From the IMG/VR virus record IMGVR_UViG_3300046535_001869, positions 1 through 64,000 of that record: a stretch of 64,000 nt of DNA, one strand, 5' to 3'. The notes under the pieces are model-generated. The model was not told the origin of the DNA. It searched no databases and saw nothing but the letters and a program-made list of their open reading frames with translations. A program made the translations under genes and the position numbers. How positions within the stretch are numbered: position 1 is the first letter of the stretch; every line of letters starts with the position of its first letter. This DNA is from a virus. Of this stretch, positions 19,521-29,472 are shown piece by piece.

Positions 19521-21016
19521 TGCCCACTAACGTCCCGAAGCCGGTCTTCGGCGATAAGGGATTCGTCGGGCCATCGGAGTCAGCGATCCTCGCCGGTGTC
19601 CAGGCCGACATCAACTTGGCGCTCGGTGGCAACGTCAACCCAAGGCTGAATACGCCGCAGGGACAGATCGCGACCACCGAGACGGCGGTCATCGGTGATA
19701 GTAATGCAACATTCCTGTATTTTTCCTCACAAGTTGACCCGGCGTTCAGCTCCGGACGGATGCAGGATGCGATCGGAAGAATTTATTTTCAGACCCGCAT
19801 CCCCGGCGCGCCGACCACGGTCCAGGCGACGTGCCGCGGCCTGACCGACGTGCCGATCCCGGTGGGAGCGCTGGCCCGCGCCACCGACGGAAACATCTAC
19901 ATCTGCCAGGCTGCCGGGACGATCGGCCTCGCCGGCACGGTGGTTCTCCCGTTCGCCTGCATCCAGAACGGCCCGATCCCGGCGCCGGTAGCCTCGGTCA
20001 ACCAGGTCTACCAGGCGATCCCTGGATGGGATTCGATCACCAACACCGAGGACGGCGTCCTCGGGCGGAACGTTGAGAGCCGCTCGGAGTTCGAGGCGCG
20101 TCGCGCGGCCTCGGTCGCGGCCAACGCGCGCGGCATCCTCGACTCGATCCAGGGCGCGGTGCTCGCGGTCCCCGGCGTCGTCGACGCGCTGGTCATCGAC
20201 AATCCTCTGGATACGCCAGTCGTGATCTACGGCTACTTCCGCTTCGGCGAGACCGGCCAGCTCTCGGGGTTCAACGACCAGCCGTTCTACACAGGTCAGC
20301 CGGCGCTGTACCTGGGTCCACACTCGCTCTACGTCTGCGCCCTCGGCGGGACCGATCAGGCCGTCGGAGAGGCGATCTGGACCAAGAAGGCGCCGGGTTG
20401 CGGCTACAACGGCAACACGACGGTCATCGTGGTCGACCCGAGCCCGGACTATAGCCCACCCGTCCCGACCTACTACGTCACATTCGAGCGTCCGATCGTC
20501 GAGGACTTCACGGTCCAGGTCACGCTTCAGAACAGCACTACGGTCCCGTCGGATGCGCTGGCCCAGATCCAGAACGCGGTGATCAACGCTTTCGCCGGAG
20601 CCGACGGCGGCTCGCGCGCCCGGATCGGCGGGACGGTGCTGGCCTCGCGCTACTACGGTCCTGTCGCGCTGCTCGGTTCATGGGCGCAGATCATCAGTAT
20701 CAAGGTCGGTCTTACCGGGCAGGTGGCGGTCTTCACGGGCTCGATCACCGGGACCGTTCTGACGGTCAGCGCCATGAACATAGGCACGATCGAGGCGGGC
20801 CAGTTGCTCCAGGATGCTGGCCTGATGGCCTCGGGGACGACCGTCGTCGACCAGCTCACCGGCACCACGGGCGGGATCGGGACCTACACCGTGTCGGTCG
20901 ACCAGACGATCCCGTCGGAGGCGATGAACTGTACCGACCTCCTCGACGACGTCGCGCTGAACATCAACCAGGTCCCGGCCATCTCGGCCGGTGAGATCCA
21001 CCTGACGCTGGTATGA
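19520..21016 (+). CDS. Baseplate J-like protein
   Basis: TPQGQIA..GRMQDAIGRIYF..GRNVESRSEFEARR..HSLYVCALGG..IWTKKAPGC. Confidence 0.85.
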   Translation: MPTNVPKPVFGDKGFVGPSESAILAGVQADINLALGGNVNPRLNTPQGQIATTETAVIGDSNATFLYFSSQVDPAFSSGRMQDAIGRIYFQTRIPGAPTTVQATCRGLTDVPIPVGALARATDGNIYICQAAGTIGLAGTVVLPFACIQNGPIPAPVASVNQVYQAIPGWDSITNTEDGVLGRNVESRSEFEARRAASVAANARGILDSIQGAVLAVPGVVDALVIDNPLDTPVVIYGYFRFGETGQLSGFNDQPFYTGQPALYLGPHSLYVCALGGTDQAVGEAIWTKKAPGCGYNGNTTVIVVDPSPDYSPPVPTYYVTFERPIVEDFTVQVTLQNSTTVPSDALAQIQNAVINAFAGADGGSRARIGGTVLASRYYGPVALLGSWAQIISIKVGLTGQVAVFTGSITGTVLTVSAMNIGTIEAGQLLQDAGLMASGTTVVDQLTGTTGGIGTYTVSVDQTIPSEAMNCTDLLDDVALNINQVPAISAGEIHLTLV

Positions 21017-21020
21017 CGCG

Positions 21021-21701
21021 ATGAGAACGTGGCCTCAAACGGTCCTTAGCCAATACTCCGACAGCCCGCGCCTGATGGCGCTGCTGGAGGACATTGACGA
21101 ATGGATCAGTCCGGACGCCAATATGGAGGCGTTCTATGAGCTGATCTGGAATATCCGTCGGGAGGGCGGCGCCGCGGGTTACGGCCTCGATGTGTGGGGA
21201 CGGATCGTCAACGTCAGTCGTGTTGTCTCGATGACGACCTTTGGCCCGTCGTTCGGCTTCGGAGAGGCCGGCGATCGGACCGGGTTCGATCAGGCGAACT
21301 TCTACGTCGGCGATCGCTCGACGATGAACTTTACGCTGACCGACGAGGTCTACCGGATTCTGATCTTTGCCAGAGCTGCACTGAATATCACGGACTGCTC
21401 GATCCCGGCGATCAATGCGATCATGCGGGGCCTCTTCCCCGGGCGGGGTAACGCCTTCGTTACGGACGGCGCCAACGGTCCGGTGGCCTCGTGCTTTGGA
21501 TTCGCCGAGGCGGGCGACCGGACCGGGTTCGACCAGGGCACGTTCCAGGACGATCAGATACCCGCCTCGCCGCGTCCGATGCACATCATTTACAACTTCG
21601 AGTTTGCCCTACAGCCGTTCGAGATCGCCATCGTGACAAACTCCGGGGTCCTGCCGCGCCCGGTCGGGGTGGCCGCGACGGCGAGCTATGAGGTAATCTG
21701 A
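21021..21701 (+). CDS. Baseplate wedge protein (DUF2612-like)
   Basis: TVLSQYSDSPRL..GYGLDVWGRIVNVSR..LPRPVGV. Confidence 0.8.
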   Translation: MRTWPQTVLSQYSDSPRLMALLEDIDEWISPDANMEAFYELIWNIRREGGAAGYGLDVWGRIVNVSRVVSMTTFGPSFGFGEAGDRTGFDQANFYVGDRSTMNFTLTDEVYRILIFARAALNITDCSIPAINAIMRGLFPGRGNAFVTDGANGPVASCFGFAEAGDRTGFDQGTFQDDQIPASPRPMHIIYNFEFALQPFEIAIVTNSGVLPRPVGVAATASYEVI

Positions 21702-24113
21702 ATGCGCAGATCCTTGCCGTTTGTCCTAGCTGCGGTCCTCCTTCTGCCTCGCCCGTCCGCTGTATGGGCCGAGACTACCTCTGACTTCATCTCTGGGTCG
21801 CCGCTCGCGACGAGTCCGATCCCTTCTACCGCCAAGATCCCGGTGGTCGAGGGGGCTACGCCAGGCGCGCTGATGCATGAGGTCCCGGTATCGTCGTTTC
21901 CTACCTATATGGGGCAACTCAAGGCGATTACACCGCAGCAGTATGGCGCCGTCGGTAATGGGTCGGCTGATGATACGGCAGCGGTGCAGGCTTGGTTCAC
22001 CGCACTAAAGACGGGCAATTATCTCGGATACTGCAACGGTGTCTTTCGGCTGACCGGAAGCGTCAATGCCTCCCCCACAAAATCGTACCGCGTAGAAGGA
22101 TCGTTTGCGGCGGTAAGCTCCACTTCTGGGACCGGCTGTAAATTCTACGTTGACTATAACAACTGGGCTAGTGCGGCGATAGACCTAACAACTCCGTCTA
22201 ACCCAACGACCAGCAACCGGGGTCGCGAGACGTGGTGGAGCAACGTTTCGATTATATATAATCCGGCATTGACAGCGCCTCCGGTCGGCTTTCGGCACAG
22301 ATATTCCTCGGCTCTTAATCTTGAAAACTTCTCGATCCTGCAATACACGGTCAATCGCGGGACGTGCCTGTCGATCAGCAGCGCATTTAATGATCGCCTG
22401 AAGGACAATGTGCAGATATGGGGATGCGGCGGAAACGTGCCGGCGCATCTGCGGCCAGCCGGGATCACGTTTTCGATCACGGCAGCGGCAACTACCCTGA
22501 CATCGAGCGCTACGTTCTTCTCTGCTGCCGATGTTGGTCAGGACATCGTGATCCTCGGGTCGCCTCTATATGAGGCGTTCCACATTGCGTCGTTTACGAA
22601 TACGACCACGGTCGAGGTTACTCGCGCGGCGACGAACACCCATACGGCGCAACTGGGAGCGGTCTCGGCGATCACCGGGGCGATGACCGCCGGCAGCCCA
22701 ACGCTGACGATCAACGTCGCCAACTTGTCGTCGAGTGACGTTGGTAGAAACGTCTACGTGCTCGGCTGCGGCTCGACAGACGGGACATCAATCGGGGCGC
22801 TGCGCTCGACGATCTCGGCCGTCAGTGGGGCCACGGTTACGCTCGCCGATAATGCCCTGACGAACTGCGCCGCCGGTGCGTCGATTATCATCGGCCCGGC
22901 CGTTGAGATTTACGCGGACGCGGACGGAACGATTAACAACGACGTTTCCTTGATTGGGTTGCACGAGGAGCAGAACTCCGGGACGGCGCTCGTTGTCGCG
23001 AACGCGGTCAACTTGCGCGGGACGATGCTCAAACTGCATTCGTGGAACAACGCGAATATCGGCGAGACAGCCTACGAGTCGCAGTTCAACGGGGTCTTTG
23101 TTAGAACTGACCTGGAACTGGGGCAGGCCGACATCGAGGGAACCTCAATAACGACGCTGGGGCAGATACTCCTTCAGGGCATCAATGCGGGCGGCAACAC
23201 GATCGGGATGCTCGATGGCTTCGCGATCACCGGGCAGCCGAAGGTCGCAATCTCCAACATCGCTGCGAACAACGGAGTCACGGTCGGCACGATCAACACG
23301 CCGCACCAATTAGCGTCAACCTGGGTTCCATCTCTTGTGACCTCAGACGGAACGGGGCGTGGGTTGCTCGCCCAGGGCGCGGTGACGACGCAGCTTACGC
23401 CAGCCCAGCTCCCGAAGCTGATCGCAACGACCACCAACGACAACGCCTGTGATGGCTGCGTTGGCCAGATGATCAGCAATGGGTCGGGGAGCGAGACTGC
23501 CACCGTTACCTTTACGGCGGCCACCCCTTCCGTGATTACGTGGACCTCACATGAACTCTCGCAGAGCAATCCGTCTATCCTTTATTTTACTTCCACTATG
23601 GCAGTGCCGACCGGCTTTACCGCTGACACGAACTATTGGACGGTGCCGGGGACGATCACGAACAACACATTCTCGGTTGCACCGACGCTGGCCGATGCAC
23701 TGGCCGGGACAAACCTTGTGGCGGCATCTGATACTGGGACAGGCGTGCAGACGGGGACTCGTTTGGGCTATTTGCCAGACAATACGCCGCTGAGCATCCT
23801 CGCCGTCACGCTGCCCGCCGGTGATTGGGACTGCTGGGGAGGCGCACGGTTTCTGCCTGCTGCGTCCACGACCCAATCTTTTAACGGCGTTGGCATCGCC
23901 CCGACCATCGATTATCTCGGGACGGTTGATCAAAGCAACGGGACGATGGAGACGTACACTGCTTATGCCGCAGGGAAGGCTGTCCAGTATCCAACCGGCC
24001 TGAGTTGGCGACGGCTTGCGACACAAACGGTCGTCTATCTTACGGCGCAGGCCGACTTTGCGGTCGATGTCGAGCGGGTTGCTGGTCGGATAGACTGCCG
24101 CCGGGCACGCTAA
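21702..24113 (+). CDS. Tailspike/fibre with pectate-lyase-like beta-helix start and Sec signal peptide
   Basis: MRRSLPFVLAAVLLLPRPSAVWA/E; PQQYGAVGNGSADDTAAVQA; C-terminal TTTNDNA..LPAGDWD..VYL.AQA.F..RRAR fibre domain. Confidence 0.7.
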   Translation: MRRSLPFVLAAVLLLPRPSAVWAETTSDFISGSPLATSPIPSTAKIPVVEGATPGALMHEVPVSSFPTYMGQLKAITPQQYGAVGNGSADDTAAVQAWFTALKTGNYLGYCNGVFRLTGSVNASPTKSYRVEGSFAAVSSTSGTGCKFYVDYNNWASAAIDLTTPSNPTTSNRGRETWWSNVSIIYNPALTAPPVGFRHRYSSALNLENFSILQYTVNRGTCLSISSAFNDRLKDNVQIWGCGGNVPAHLRPAGITFSITAAATTLTSSATFFSAADVGQDIVILGSPLYEAFHIASFTNTTTVEVTRAATNTHTAQLGAVSAITGAMTAGSPTLTINVANLSSSDVGRNVYVLGCGSTDGTSIGALRSTISAVSGATVTLADNALTNCAAGASIIIGPAVEIYADADGTINNDVSLIGLHEEQNSGTALVVANAVNLRGTMLKLHSWNNANIGETAYESQFNGVFVRTDLELGQADIEGTSITTLGQILLQGINAGGNTIGMLDGFAITGQPKVAISNIAANNGVTVGTINTPHQLASTWVPSLVTSDGTGRGLLAQGAVTTQLTPAQLPKLIATTTNDNACDGCVGQMISNGSGSETATVTFTAATPSVITWTSHELSQSNPSILYFTSTMAVPTGFTADTNYWTVPGTITNNTFSVAPTLADALAGTNLVAASDTGTGVQTGTRLGYLPDNTPLSILAVTLPAGDWDCWGGARFLPAASTTQSFNGVGIAPTIDYLGTVDQSNGTMETYTAYAAGKAVQYPTGLSWRRLATQTVVYLTAQADFAVDVERVAGRIDCRRAR

Positions 24114-24139
24114 AAAGATCCATTTGAGGAGCACGTGTA

Positions 24140-25339
24140 GTGCAGGACAGCAACACACCCGCCAAGATCCCTCTCCCCTGGGCGTCGAGCGCGGGCGGCG
24201 GGTACATCGAGGTGATCCCGACCGCGTCCCAGATCGGGATCACCCCGGGACGCGCCTCGTTCACCGACGGCTTCGTTCCGCTGAACTTCGTGCCGCTGGC
24301 CTCCGGCGGCGTCGGGCCGCTCGGCAAGGACTTCAACGGCATCCTCAACCAGGTCACGGCCGGGCTGCAGTGGCAGCAGGCAGGTGGTCCGATTCTCTAC
24401 GACGCGGCGTTCTCCTCGGCGATCGGTGGATACCCGGCCGGCGCGGTCATCGCCAAGGCGGGGATGGGCGGGCGATTCTGGTATTCGCTGGTCGACAACA
24501 ACGTTACGAACCCGGACGCGGCCGGCGCGGGGTGGATCGGGCTCGGCCTCCAGACGTTCGTCGATACACCGACGACGTACTACGTCGACTTCTCGACCGG
24601 CAGCGACTCGACCGGGACGGGGTTGATCTCGGCTCCGTGGAAGACGCTCCAGTACGCTTTCGACTACCTGAACACCCATGTCGTCGCTTCAGGCGTCGCG
24701 GTTACCATCTCCCAGAACGGGCCGGTAGATGGGCCGCACACCGATACGACCGGGCTGATTATCGCGAATGCGATCAACGGCGCGTCAATCCTCAACGTCG
24801 TGATCAATGGCGCGATCCTGACCAGCGCCGCAGCTGGGATCTTCGTGACGAACGGTGGCGTGGTTCAGATCAGCGGCAGTGGCAGCATCCGCGGTGCGAG
24901 CTACGACGTCGTTAGCACAGGAAACTCAGTCGTCCAGTATCAGGGGGCCACCCCCGGGGCATGTGCACTTGTGAAACTGCTAGCCCAGTTCGGTGCGACG
25001 CTTCGGATCACCGGAGACTACACGGACTCGGGAAACTCTGGTCATCACTGGTTCGCGGACTTCGGTGGTCTAATCAGTGTCGACCGCGGGACCGGCGTCG
25101 CGTCTACGATCACGACCTCGGGTACGCCGGCTTACGGAGTCGCCTTCGCCGACGCGTCGAGCGGGAGCATCATCCGCTGCACGACCGCGCTCACGGTCTT
25201 TGCCGGAACGGGAGCGACCGGAACGCGGTACCTCGTCGACAAGACCAGTGGGATCGATACTGGAGGTGGTGGTTCGACGTTCATCCCAGGCAGTGTCGGG
25301 GGGACGGCCGACGCGGCGACCTTCGGCTGGTACGCGTGA
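24140..25339 (+). CDS. Canonical baseplate-anchored tail fibre
   Basis: PAKIPLPWA..ASFTDGF.PL..GGVGPLGKDFNGIL..AIGGYPAGA..NPD...W; no signal peptide. Confidence 0.8.
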   Translation: MQDSNTPAKIPLPWASSAGGGYIEVIPTASQIGITPGRASFTDGFVPLNFVPLASGGVGPLGKDFNGILNQVTAGLQWQQAGGPILYDAAFSSAIGGYPAGAVIAKAGMGGRFWYSLVDNNVTNPDAAGAGWIGLGLQTFVDTPTTYYVDFSTGSDSTGTGLISAPWKTLQYAFDYLNTHVVASGVAVTISQNGPVDGPHTDTTGLIIANAINGASILNVVINGAILTSAAAGIFVTNGGVVQISGSGSIRGASYDVVSTGNSVVQYQGATPGACALVKLLAQFGATLRITGDYTDSGNSGHHWFADFGGLISVDRGTGVASTITTSGTPAYGVAFADASSGSIIRCTTALTVFAGTGATGTRYLVDKTSGIDTGGGGSTFIPGSVGGTADAATFGWYA

Positions 25340-27960
25340 TGCGCCGCCTTCTGGTCGTCCTCGCGCTCCTGCTGGCGGCGTCGGGCGCCGAGGCCCAGAC
25401 CTGCCCGGTGACCCAGTCGACGCCCGCGCTGACCGCCGGGGGCAACGTTTTCGGGCGCATCGCGTCGCAGTGGAACTCGTACTTTGGCGCGAAGGTCGAC
25501 GCGAACAACGGGAGCCTTTGCAATCCGACGATAAACGGACAGGCCGCGTTCCCGGACCTCCCCAACGGCGAGCTCCTCGGCGCGTTCGGCGGCCACCTGG
25601 TACCGGTGACCGTGGGATCGCACCTGGTCCTCACGGGGAGTATCCTGTCGGCCGATCCCGCGGCGGTCTATGGGCCAGCCAGCGCCGTGTTGAACGAGAT
25701 CGCGACCTACGCCGACACCACGGGCAAACTGATCAAAGGAACCGGCGCAGCATATTTAGACGCGGCCGGACTGAACATCGGCATCGGAGTCGCAGCACAG
25801 GCCAACGTGCCGGGCTATGCAATGGAGGTCCAACAGAAGAGCATCGGGCTCACCGGGTTCAGCTCGACGGCAGCTTTCTTTCACAACGATTTCACGGGCT
25901 CCGATGCAAACGCGAACGTCAACGGCTCGTATAGCGATCTGTGGTACGAGGGGACGACGGCGGGCAACCAGGGGTTTGGGAGCAGAAACAGTGCCTTTAC
26001 CTACACGGCCGGGTCTCCGCTTGGTAGTTTGCCGCACCAGTACTTCAACTCTCCCAATATCGGCACACTGACTTATCTGGCCGGGGTCTACGGGCGTACC
26101 GCGCACTACCTTCCGGGCACCATCACCTATGCCGCCTCGGTCTTGGCGGACGGCATCTACAACATCTCGACTCCGGTCGGCGGCGCGGTCTCAAACTTTT
26201 CCAATTTTCTGGCAATTCCTCCTTATGCGGCCGCTAGTCTCAATTATGCCTTCTTGATCCCCGCCGCTACGTGTAGCCCGAATTGCTATGATATCACATT
26301 TCGTACACTCGGAGACCCGCTGACCTTTGGGACCGCTGGCGGGGCGGGCTTGGCGGTTCTTGATCCAGGCGCGACGATAGCAAATTATACTGCGATATAC
26401 GGCGCCGCTACGGGCGCGGGGCCGACAATTCGGGCGCAGGGTACAGATCCAAACCCAGATATCACCGTGGGCGCCAAGGGCACGGGTAGCGTCATACTTC
26501 AGAGCAACAGCCTCAACTCGGCGACATTTTCGGCACCCGCAGGTGGGGTCAACAATTTCTCCTTCCTTGGGTCGATCAGTGGCTCGTCGCTCTCGATCGG
26601 CGCGGCCGGCTCGGATACCGATATCCGTATTGCGGTTCTACCAAAAGGAGCGGGATCATTCGACGTTTTCTCGCCAGCCAACGTATATAACAACATCGCC
26701 TCCGGCATCACGGCGGACGGCGCGACGCTGACGGCCCAGAGCGACGCGACGACGGCCCACTACGTCTACACCTGCGCGATCGGGACCTGCAACGGCACGG
26801 CGCCGATCTACGATGCCGTGCGCGGGGTCATGAATTCGCTCGCTGGTCAGGGCTCGGATACGTTCACGAACGCGGTCAGCGGTTACGTTATCGAGCGCAC
26901 CGGCAGGTCCGGGCCGCCCTATGGGTCGTTTCCGGTCAGCGCGGCGTTCAACGCGATTGGCATCTGTGCGGCGGACGGGTGCGGCGTCTGGGGCTTCAAC
27001 TCGATCTTGACGGATAACGAGGGGCAGAGCGTCAGCTCCCACGGAGCGCGGTTCCTATTCAATGAATACGACTTCAACGTCACGTCGCCAAACACAACGG
27101 TCTCTGCGCTGAACATCGGCGGGACCTGGCTGTCCCAGCCGCTCGCCGCCTTCGGCCCGTCGATCCTGGCGCCGAGCGGCGAGGTGGTGATCTCGACCAA
27201 CAACACGACGGCCTCAGGAAACAACACGCTCCACTTCGCCTCGACGACCGGCGTGGTCGACGGGCGAAAGATCCAGACGGCCAATGTAATGGCCGGGACG
27301 ACCGTTTCGTCCCATACCAGCACGACGGTAGTAATGAGCGCCAACGCAACCGGGTCTGGCGTGGCGAGTTCGCAGGCCGTCTACTTCGAACCAGGGTTCA
27401 TCTGGAACTGGGGTTGGGGGACGACGGATAACTGCTGCTTGACGGCGTTCCACGTCGGCGCCGCCGCGGCAGCTGGTGCGAGCGTTGCGAGCCAGAACGT
27501 CGACATGCTGTGGTTTGACGCGAGCGGCGTCCAGAAGACGACGACGCTGGCCGCCACGGCTACCGGCCTGAACCTGGCGAGCAGCGGTAGCAGCGGCTCG
27601 CTCGCCATCAACCTCCTTGGCGCCGGGACCTTCCGGACCGGGGACGGAGGTGGCTTGTCGATCAACGGATTGGCGGTGGCGTCCGGCAGCGGAACCACGC
27701 TAAGCCTGGGTTCCGATGCCGGGTGGACTACCGCGATCGGTGTCGGAAATACGGTCGCGCCCCTGAACCTTCACGGAACTTCTGTAGCCGTCGACAACGG
27801 TCTGCGTACCAGCACGGCTATCGATAAGGGCGCCGGTTCGGTGAACTCGCTGACCTACTGGGCCGACGGAACGCAGGGCATCGCCTCCTGCTCGGTCGTA
27901 ACGGCGGCGGCGACGATCACGATCAAGGCTGGCTTGGTCGTTGGAATGACGGGGTGTTAG
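25339..27960 (+). CDS. Fibre protein with Sec signal peptide
   Basis: ATG 25339 (TGATG); MRRLLVVLALLLAASGAEA/Q; fibre motif GPASAVLNEIATYADTTGKLIK; GTD.N.DI...KG.G repeats; many Cys pairs. Confidence 0.7.
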   Translation: MRRLLVVLALLLAASGAEAQTCPVTQSTPALTAGGNVFGRIASQWNSYFGAKVDANNGSLCNPTINGQAAFPDLPNGELLGAFGGHLVPVTVGSHLVLTGSILSADPAAVYGPASAVLNEIATYADTTGKLIKGTGAAYLDAAGLNIGIGVAAQANVPGYAMEVQQKSIGLTGFSSTAAFFHNDFTGSDANANVNGSYSDLWYEGTTAGNQGFGSRNSAFTYTAGSPLGSLPHQYFNSPNIGTLTYLAGVYGRTAHYLPGTITYAASVLADGIYNISTPVGGAVSNFSNFLAIPPYAAASLNYAFLIPAATCSPNCYDITFRTLGDPLTFGTAGGAGLAVLDPGATIANYTAIYGAATGAGPTIRAQGTDPNPDITVGAKGTGSVILQSNSLNSATFSAPAGGVNNFSFLGSISGSSLSIGAAGSDTDIRIAVLPKGAGSFDVFSPANVYNNIASGITADGATLTAQSDATTAHYVYTCAIGTCNGTAPIYDAVRGVMNSLAGQGSDTFTNAVSGYVIERTGRSGPPYGSFPVSAAFNAIGICAADGCGVWGFNSILTDNEGQSVSSHGARFLFNEYDFNVTSPNTTVSALNIGGTWLSQPLAAFGPSILAPSGEVVISTNNTTASGNNTLHFASTTGVVDGRKIQTANVMAGTTVSSHTSTTVVMSANATGSGVASSQAVYFEPGFIWNWGWGTTDNCCLTAFHVGAAAAAGASVASQNVDMLWFDASGVQKTTTLAATATGLNLASSGSSGSLAINLLGAGTFRTGDGGGLSINGLAVASGSGTTLSLGSDAGWTTAIGVGNTVAPLNLHGTSVAVDNGLRTSTAIDKGAGSVNSLTYWADGTQGIASCSVVTAAATITIKAGLVVGMTGC

Positions 27961-27961
27961 T

Positions 27962-28213
27962 ATGATGATCACGGTACGCGTACTTTTTGCGATGATCCTC
28001 CTTTCGAGCGCGGCGCTGGCCCAACAACCCGTGCCGGTCCCGGCCCCGCAGCAGCAGATCGACCCGGTGACGATGGCTTACCAGCTCGGTATCTCCCTGG
28101 GCACCGCCCTCACCCAGATGGAGGCCCAGAAGGCGACGCTGATCGAGTGGCTGAAGGCCGCCCAGGCGGAGACGGAGGCGGTAAAGCGTCGCGCCGAAAA
28201 TATAAAGAAGTGA
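27962..28213 (+). CDS. Small secreted coiled-coil protein (possible fibre chaperone)
   Basis: MMITVRVLFAMILLSSAALA/Q; follows the fibre gene. Confidence 0.55.
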   Translation: MMITVRVLFAMILLSSAALAQQPVPVPAPQQQIDPVTMAYQLGISLGTALTQMEAQKATLIEWLKAAQAETEAVKRRAENIKK

Positions 28214-29040
28214 GACCTGCTCTCGTTGGTCTCTTGTTTCTCGCTGCCTGCGGTGGCGGTAGTTCCCCTGTACCGCCATCACCCGGACCGTTGACGATCG
28301 CTGACGTTAGGGGTTACCTCGCCCAGACGCGGTGTCCCGATGGATCACCTCCGCTGGGATGCCTCGGAACGGCGCAGCAGCGCGCCTCCGATCCAATGCT
28401 GTGGCGGCGCGCGGACTGGCCGCTCCCCGGGTATCAGACCTCGGATAGCGTCGTCGCTGACGACGACTCGTACTTCATCACCACGTGGTCTTATCCGCCG
28501 TTCGGGCCGTTTGTCGCGGCCAACGGGGACGGCGGTGAGGTCTACATGGTCAGCAACGGCGCGGTGCGCATCTGCTGTACCCAGGACGGCGGGCAACCAG
28601 GGATCCAGCGCTTCGCTGACTGGTGGCTTTTCGACGACGCGACGCCGAGCGGCGCGTGGCGACAGTACGACTCGAAGTCGCGTGCCCGGCGCGAGACCGT
28701 GACGTTCCCGGCCTCCGGCTACGGGCTGACGCAGATCACCGCCGACACGATCATCTCGGAGCACTACGACGCCGTGGGGCTCGACGGGAAGATGGAGCGG
28801 TTCTACATGGCCGCGGGTTGGGGCCGGCTGCTGTGGCAGGTGTGGTGGCCGCCTGGGTCGCTGTTTCCGCCGCCGTCTGATATCGCCACGCGTTGCCCCG
28901 CTGTTTCGTGGGATGGGCCGCCGGCCGAGCACCCGGACTGGATTCTGCAGGACTGTAGGCTGACGACTAACCTCGTATCGGCTGACGGGATGCTCAGTGT
29001 TCGCAGCTTCGGATGGCCCCCGGCGGGGTTCGCGCCGTGA
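28210..29040 (+). CDS. Lipoprotein of unknown function
   Basis: GTG 28210; MRPALVGLLFLAA/C lipobox. Confidence 0.6.
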   Translation: MRPALVGLLFLAACGGGSSPVPPSPGPLTIADVRGYLAQTRCPDGSPPLGCLGTAQQRASDPMLWRRADWPLPGYQTSDSVVADDDSYFITTWSYPPFGPFVAANGDGGEVYMVSNGAVRICCTQDGGQPGIQRFADWWLFDDATPSGAWRQYDSKSRARRETVTFPASGYGLTQITADTIISEHYDAVGLDGKMERFYMAAGWGRLLWQVWWPPGSLFPPPSDIATRCPAVSWDGPPAEHPDWILQDCRLTTNLVSADGMLSVRSFGWPPAGFAP

Positions 29041-29070
29041 TTGTATGTTCACCATGCGCGAGGTTCCTCG

Positions 29071-29472
29071 ATGCATCTAGATTGGGTCGCCCTACTCGCC
29101 GCACTTGGAGTCTGGACAGGCGTAGTCGGCGGCGGCATCGGGTGGATGCACAAGCAGGGTATGCGGAGCCGACAGGCGCTAGCTGACTCGATTACCGCGC
29201 TGTCCCTTAGGATGGACACGGCGCACCGCACGCTTTCCGATCGGATGACCAACGAGCACAACGCCGTGCGGGCGCAGATCGGCGATATGATCGAGACGAC
29301 GAACCAGAACTACGTGCCGCGACGTGAGTTTGATATAGCGCTGCGCGGCCTCGAGGGCTCGATCACCAATGCCAGGAAAGACATCGGCGTGGTCGGTGAT
29401 AGTGTCGATAAGATGGCCACGCGGGTCGACGAACTTTTTGGAAAGGTGGAATTTCGTAGGACGCAACGCTGA
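29071..29472 (+). CDS. N-terminal TM plus coiled-coil protein (lysis-associated?)
   Basis: GAGG SD; WVALLAALGVWTGVVGGGIGW. Confidence 0.55.
   Translation: MHLDWVALLAALGVWTGVVGGGIGWMHKQGMRSRQALADSITALSLRMDTAHRTLSDRMTNEHNAVRAQIGDMIETTNQNYVPRREFDIALRGLEGSITNARKDIGVVGDSVDKMATRVDELFGKVEFRRTQR

Noticed and set aside
21702-27960. Diversity-generating retroelement or invertase acting on fibres
   Set aside because: No reverse transcriptase, invertase or template/variable repeat pair was noticed in the window.
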